From NCBI GenBank assembly GCA_964360785.1, contig CAYHXX010000002.1, positions 28,107 to 92,106 on the forward strand: 64,000 nucleotides of DNA, given 5' to 3'. A program made the position numbers and the translations under genes. This DNA is from an uncultured Gammaproteobacteria bacterium. GTDB lineage: Bacteria > Patescibacteriota > Microgenomatia > Woykebacterales > RBG-16-39-9b. The notes beneath the pieces were generated by a model that was given only the letters and a program-made list of their open reading frames with translations, searched no databases and was not told the DNA's origin. Positions 59,912-64,000 of this stretch are shown here, piece by piece (position 1 is the first letter of the stretch; every line of letters starts with the position of its first letter).

Positions 59912-59953
59912 CTAAACGTTCGTGTAGCTGTTACGGCTACAGGCGGTGCCCAT
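59912..59953 (-). CDS. Putative 13-aa peptide MGTACSRNSYTNV
   Basis: Strong SD TAAGGAGG; inside promoter-to-terminator unit. Confidence 0.4.
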   Translation of the reverse strand: MGTACSRNSYTNV

Positions 59954-60076
59954 TTGCCGTACCCTCCTTAGACATGCGCCCTTCTTCCAAACTTAGGTGG
60001 AAGCACCTAGTCGCAGATATCTAGCTTCGCCTCTGTATCTCCCATACGAGCGCTTGCCTACCTGCCACAATTTCTA

Positions 60077-60105
60077 ATTATATTCCTTTGTCAAGTCTTC
60101 TTCAA
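60077..60105 (-). promoter_or_regulatory. sigma70 promoter
   Basis: TTGAAG-17-TATAAT. Confidence 0.6.
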
Positions 60106-60141
60106 ACCTAACTGTGTCCAAAATATGCTAAGATATCTGGG

Positions 60142-61125
60142 ATGAAAATTCTTGGTATTGAAACTTCTTGCGATGAAACCGCCGCGGCAATAGTCGAAGA
60201 TGGTACAAAAATTCTATCCAACACCGTCTCCTCTTCTCTACCCTACCACGCCGAAACTGGCGGAATAATTCCGGAAAAAGCCGCGCGCGAACAACTTAAA
60301 GCTATGGTTCCAGTACTGGAAAAAACTTTTAAAGCCGCTTCTCTCTCCCCTGCCTCTATCGATGCAATTGCTGTTACTAGCGGCCCTGGACTATTTGGTT
60401 CTCTTATTTTGGGGGTTGAGTCGGCTAAATCTCTCGCCTTTGCATTGGATAAACCAATTGTTCCAATCAATCATTTAGTCGGACATATCTATGCAAATTG
60501 GCTTGAAAATCCTGACCCACCGACTTTCCCAAATCTTACTTTGATTGTTTCTGGCGGACATTCGGAGCTAGTTTTGATGAGCGATCACGGAAATTTTGAA
60601 TGGCTCGGCGGGACTCGTGACGACGCTGCTGGAGAGGCTTTTGACAAAACGGCCCGCGTTCTGGGACTTACTTATCCTGGCGGCCCGGCAATACAGAAAG
60701 CAGCTGGGAGAGTAAAAAAACTAGACAACTTTCTTCCCCGTCCACTTTCAACCAGTTCTGATTTTGATTTTTCTTTTTCTGGGCTTAAAACTGCGGTAGT
60801 AAACCTAGTTGGCGAGAAGAAGTTAACAGATGATGAGATTTCCCAATACGCGGCTGAGATTCAGGAAGCAATTGTTGATTCTTTATTGATCAAAACTATA
60901 AAAGCAGCTGAGAAATATCAGGTTAAAGAGTTGCTGCTAGCAGGCGGGGTTGCAGCCAACACTCGTCTGGTTGAAAAAACAAAAGAAAAATTCAAAGGTG
61001 TTGTCCACTCTCCCTCTCCCAAGCTTTGCATTGATAATGGAGCAATGATCGCCGCCGCGGCTTTCTTTAACTACAAACCAATTCCATGGCAAGAAATCCT
61101 CGCCGACTCCGGTCTTTTCTTTTAA
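60142..61125 (+). CDS. tsaD: tRNA t6A threonylcarbamoyltransferase TsaD
   Basis: LGIETSCDET, NHL.GH, VSGGH, DDAAGEAFDK, FSFSGLKT, DNGAMI. Confidence 0.97.
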   Translation: MKILGIETSCDETAAAIVEDGTKILSNTVSSSLPYHAETGGIIPEKAAREQLKAMVPVLEKTFKAASLSPASIDAIAVTSGPGLFGSLILGVESAKSLAFALDKPIVPINHLVGHIYANWLENPDPPTFPNLTLIVSGGHSELVLMSDHGNFEWLGGTRDDAAGEAFDKTARVLGLTYPGGPAIQKAAGRVKKLDNFLPRPLSTSSDFDFSFSGLKTAVVNLVGEKKLTDDEISQYAAEIQEAIVDSLLIKTIKAAEKYQVKELLLAGGVAANTRLVEKTKEKFKGVVHSPSPKLCIDNGAMIAAAAFFNYKPIPWQEILADSGLFF

Positions 61126-61141
61126 CTTCTCACCACCGTTG

Positions 61142-61245
61142 CGAGCACGCGTTCCCTTTACCCAGCTTTGTAACCGGAGCGCTGGAAATCCTTTTAGCGA
61201 CCTACGAGCATGCGTTCGCAGTTTCCAGCTTTGTAACCGAAGCGT
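61142..61245. repeat. Two degenerate direct repeats, period 63 bp
   Basis: CGAGCAyGCGTTC-N7-CCAGCTTTGTAACCGrAGCG at 61142 and 61205. Confidence 0.8.
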
Positions 61246-61457
61246 TAAGAAAATTTCCTGTAGATTTTCGTTGTGAAACAAAATTTCAAATGTTTGACGA
61301 AAAATTGAGGAGTTTTTGAAATTTAGAAAATCGAAAGAAAATTTTTAGCCAGAGGTTACCCGCTGGCCGCTTTGGCGTCACCCTTTCGGCAAAAGGTGAC
61401 TTAAGCTAACAAAATCTCTGTTTACGAAGCCCAACTTCTTCGATATAATCCTCCCCA

Positions 61458-63596
61458 ATGGATAAAGTTTACAACCACAAAGAAATCGAAGACAAATGGT
61501 ACTCGTTTTGGGAAGAAAAAGGCTATTTTCAGCCTAATAATTCCGAAAAATCTTTTTCGATCATCCTTCCCCCACCCAATGCCCACGGTCGTTTGCACAT
61601 TGGTCACGCTATGTATGTGATTGAGGATATTATGATCCGTTACCACCGGATGCTGGGTGAATCCACCCTTTGGCTACCGGGAGCCGATCACGCTGGGATT
61701 CTCACTCAAGTAGTTTACGAACGAGAACTCGAAAAAGAAGGTAAAACCCGTCACGACCTCGGCCGGGAAGAGTTTTATAAACAAACCTATGATTTTACTC
61801 AAAAGAACAAAAAAGAAATGTACGACCAGCTTCGCGCCATGGGTTTCTCTTTGGATTGGTCTCGTGAGAAATTTACTTTGGACTCAGAAATTTCAAAGAT
61901 AGTCTACTCGACTTTCAAAAAACTCTATGACGATGGTTTGATTTATCGCGGTACTCGCATGATCAATTGGTGCCCCCGCTGCGCTACTGTTCTTTCTGAT
62001 TTGGAAGTCGTGCACAAAGAAAAGGAAGGCAATCTTTGGTTTATCAAATACCCGATCAAGTCAGATAACAGAGATCAGAAATCAGATATCAGTCAGGAAA
62101 CCTTTATTACTGTGGCGACAACTCGTCCGGAAACTATGCTGGGAGATACCGCAGTAGCAGTTAATCCCGAAGATACCCGCTATAAAGATTTTGTTGGAAA
62201 AACAGTAATACTACCGCTGATGAACCGGGAGATTCCAATTTTGGCCGATTCGTACGTTGATCCGAAGTTTGGAACCGGTGCAGTCAAAATTACCCCGGCG
62301 CATGATCCGAATGATTATGAAGTTGGTTTGAAACACAAACTTGAGCAAATCCAAGTCATTGGCCAAGACGACAAAATGACATCAAAAGCTGTTGGGTACT
62401 CTGGTTTGGACAAATACGCTGCTCGAAAGCAAGTTGTAGCTGACCTTGAAAAACTTGGACTGGTGGAAAAGACGGAACGTTATGTTAACAATATTGGTGT
62501 TTGTGAACGTTGCGCTACCGTAATCGAACCACTAGTGTCCAAGCAATGGTTTATTGCAGTTAACAAAACGGGAAAATCTGGCAAAAACCTAGCTAAAGAC
62601 GCCCTAACCGCGGTCAAATCCGGCAAGATCAAGGTAATTCCCTCTCGTTTTGAGAAAATTTACTACAACTGGATGGAAAATCTACACGATTGGTGTATTT
62701 CCCGCCAGCTTTGGTGGGGCCACCAAATTCCGGTTTGGTACCGTGGAGAGGAAACTTATGTTGGGGTTGAAGCACCGGCTGGTGAAGGCTGGGTTCAGGA
62801 TCCGGATACGCTCGATACCTGGTTCTCGTCGGGACAGTGGCCGTTTACGACTTTAGGCTACGGCCAAAAGGATGATTTTGATTTCAAAAAATTCTATCCT
62901 ACCTCAGTCATGGAGACTGGCTACGATATTCTCTTTTTCTGGGTCGCCCGCATGATCATGCTTGGTCTGTATGTAACTGATGCTGTTCCATTTGAGACTG
63001 TTTACCTTCATGGTCTGGTTCGGGACGAGAAGGGACAAAAAATGAGTAAAAGCAAAGGCAACGCTATTGACCCGTTAATTGCCGCTGATCAGTACGGTGC
63101 TGATGCCGTCCGTATGGCCCTGGTTTTCGGTACTGGAGCTGGAAACGATGCCAACATTGGTGAAAGTAAGATCAAAGGTATGCGTAATTTTACCAATAAA
63201 CTCTGGAATATTGGCCGTTACGTGATCGATATGAAGCCCGCCTCGCCGGCAGGCAGGCCTGAGTATATAAACTATGAGGCAAAGCCAAATGAGACTGACA
63301 AACTAATCTTAGCTGAGCTTGAGTCAGTCAAGGCTAGTGTCAATAAAGCTTTTACTGACTATAGGTTTTCTCAAGCCGCTGAGGAGCTCTACGACTTCGT
63401 TTGGCACAAATTCGCAGATAGATACATTGAGGAATCAAAAAACCGTAGAAATGAGGCTCAGAGTGTCCTGGAGCAGGTTTTGGAAGAGTCCCTCCGCCTA
63501 CTTCATCCTTTCATGCCTTTAATCACCGAAGAGATCTGGCAAAAGCTCCCTCGCAAGAAGGGCGCTTCGATCATGGTCTCCCCTTGGCCAAAGTAA
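61458..63596 (+). CDS. valS: Valine-tRNA ligase (C-terminally short)
   Basis: PPPN..G.LHIGH, VATTRPETMLGD, WCISRQLWWGH, KMSKS; ends at WPK. Confidence 0.97.
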   Translation: MDKVYNHKEIEDKWYSFWEEKGYFQPNNSEKSFSIILPPPNAHGRLHIGHAMYVIEDIMIRYHRMLGESTLWLPGADHAGILTQVVYERELEKEGKTRHDLGREEFYKQTYDFTQKNKKEMYDQLRAMGFSLDWSREKFTLDSEISKIVYSTFKKLYDDGLIYRGTRMINWCPRCATVLSDLEVVHKEKEGNLWFIKYPIKSDNRDQKSDISQETFITVATTRPETMLGDTAVAVNPEDTRYKDFVGKTVILPLMNREIPILADSYVDPKFGTGAVKITPAHDPNDYEVGLKHKLEQIQVIGQDDKMTSKAVGYSGLDKYAARKQVVADLEKLGLVEKTERYVNNIGVCERCATVIEPLVSKQWFIAVNKTGKSGKNLAKDALTAVKSGKIKVIPSRFEKIYYNWMENLHDWCISRQLWWGHQIPVWYRGEETYVGVEAPAGEGWVQDPDTLDTWFSSGQWPFTTLGYGQKDDFDFKKFYPTSVMETGYDILFFWVARMIMLGLYVTDAVPFETVYLHGLVRDEKGQKMSKSKGNAIDPLIAADQYGADAVRMALVFGTGAGNDANIGESKIKGMRNFTNKLWNIGRYVIDMKPASPAGRPEYINYEAKPNETDKLILAELESVKASVNKAFTDYRFSQAAEELYDFVWHKFADRYIEESKNRRNEAQSVLEQVLEESLRLLHPFMPLITEEIWQKLPRKKGASIMVSPWPK

Positions 63597-63627
63597 CCTT
63601 CGTTCGAAAATAACCCCCTGAAAACGC

Positions 63628-63680
63628 AAAAAGGACAGATTCACAGCTTGTTTCGCATAGAAACAAACCGGAACCTGTCC
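63628..63680 (-). terminator. Intrinsic terminator
   Basis: GGACAG/CTGTCC with inner TTGTTTC/GAAACAA; A-run on plus strand. Confidence 0.65.
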
Positions 63681-63700
63681 CCTTGCACACTGTTGATCCT

Positions 63701-64000
63701 CTAGCGCAGCGGCGAAATGCCGTACTGGCCGAGGAACTCGTTCGCCACGACGACGGGCAGAGACCTATTGACCACTGCCTCCAACGCAAGTCTCGTCACT
63801 GTGGCCTCGAACTCCGCGCGGGCCTCGAACTCCTTGCGGAAGAACCGTCGGAGGTACCGCTTCCACCATGCCGGTACCTGAACGACGCCGACATACTCGA
63901 TGTACCTTTGTAGGCGGTCGTAAACCTGCTGGTAGCGGGTCAGCAAGACCCACTTCCAACCCTCGACCTCCCAGTCGATGTCGGCGCTTGGGTGGCGTGG
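63701..64000 (-). CDS. GC-rich orphan protein, 3' part (starts beyond window end)
   Basis: Frame open to 64000: ...PRHPSADIDWEVEGWKWVLLTRYQQVYDRL...ISPLR. Confidence 0.65.
   Translation of the reverse strand, partial: PRHPSADIDWEVEGWKWVLLTRYQQVYDRLQRYIEYVGVVQVPAWWKRYLRRFFRKEFEARAEFEATVTRLALEAVVNRSLPVVVANEFLGQYGISPLR

Noticed and set aside
61142-61245. Possible CRISPR array (63-bp period)
   Set aside because: Only two degenerate copies with internal mismatches; no cas genes.

Overview
A 64-kb, AT-rich, gene-dense chromosomal segment that looks like a Candidate Phyla Radiation (Patescibacteria, probably Microgenomates-like) bacterium. This assignment is inferred from the trimmed IF-2, PGK, MetRS and ValRS proteins, the PilN/PilO-like genes and the CPR-style palindromic inserts. 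The backbone is housekeeping: ftsK, rnj, UDG, pnp, rpsO, infB, nusA, hrcA-grpE-dnaK...dnaJ, lepA, murJ, rpsT, tpiA, pgk, pcrA, metG, groES/EL, galU, tsaD, valS and cell-envelope genes. Four things stand out. (1) A promoter-driven RNA operon at 9.9-10.55 kb alternates normal tRNAs (Trp, Ala) with two irregular ones. One has a Gly-type acceptor stem, a GGG anticodon, A33 and a weak-EF-Tu T-stem. The other has a 54-nt arm in place of the anticodon arm, resembling a Y RNA. Each irregular tRNA is followed by the same hairpin trailer, and about 230 nt of unexplained structured RNA follows the cluster. (2) A series of GC-rich, self-contained minus-strand micro-cassettes (sigma70 promoter, usually a strong SD, a tiny or orphan ORF, heavy RNA structure, a terminator) share boundary motifs, including ACTATGGGT abutting the -35 box. 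(3) A VapBC-like module sits between 28-bp copies of the dnaK 3' end. (4) A PD-(D/E)XK-like domain is fused to a zinc-ribbon protein. No integrase, transposase, CRISPR array or rRNA was seen. All calls are from reading the sequence; no database searches were run.
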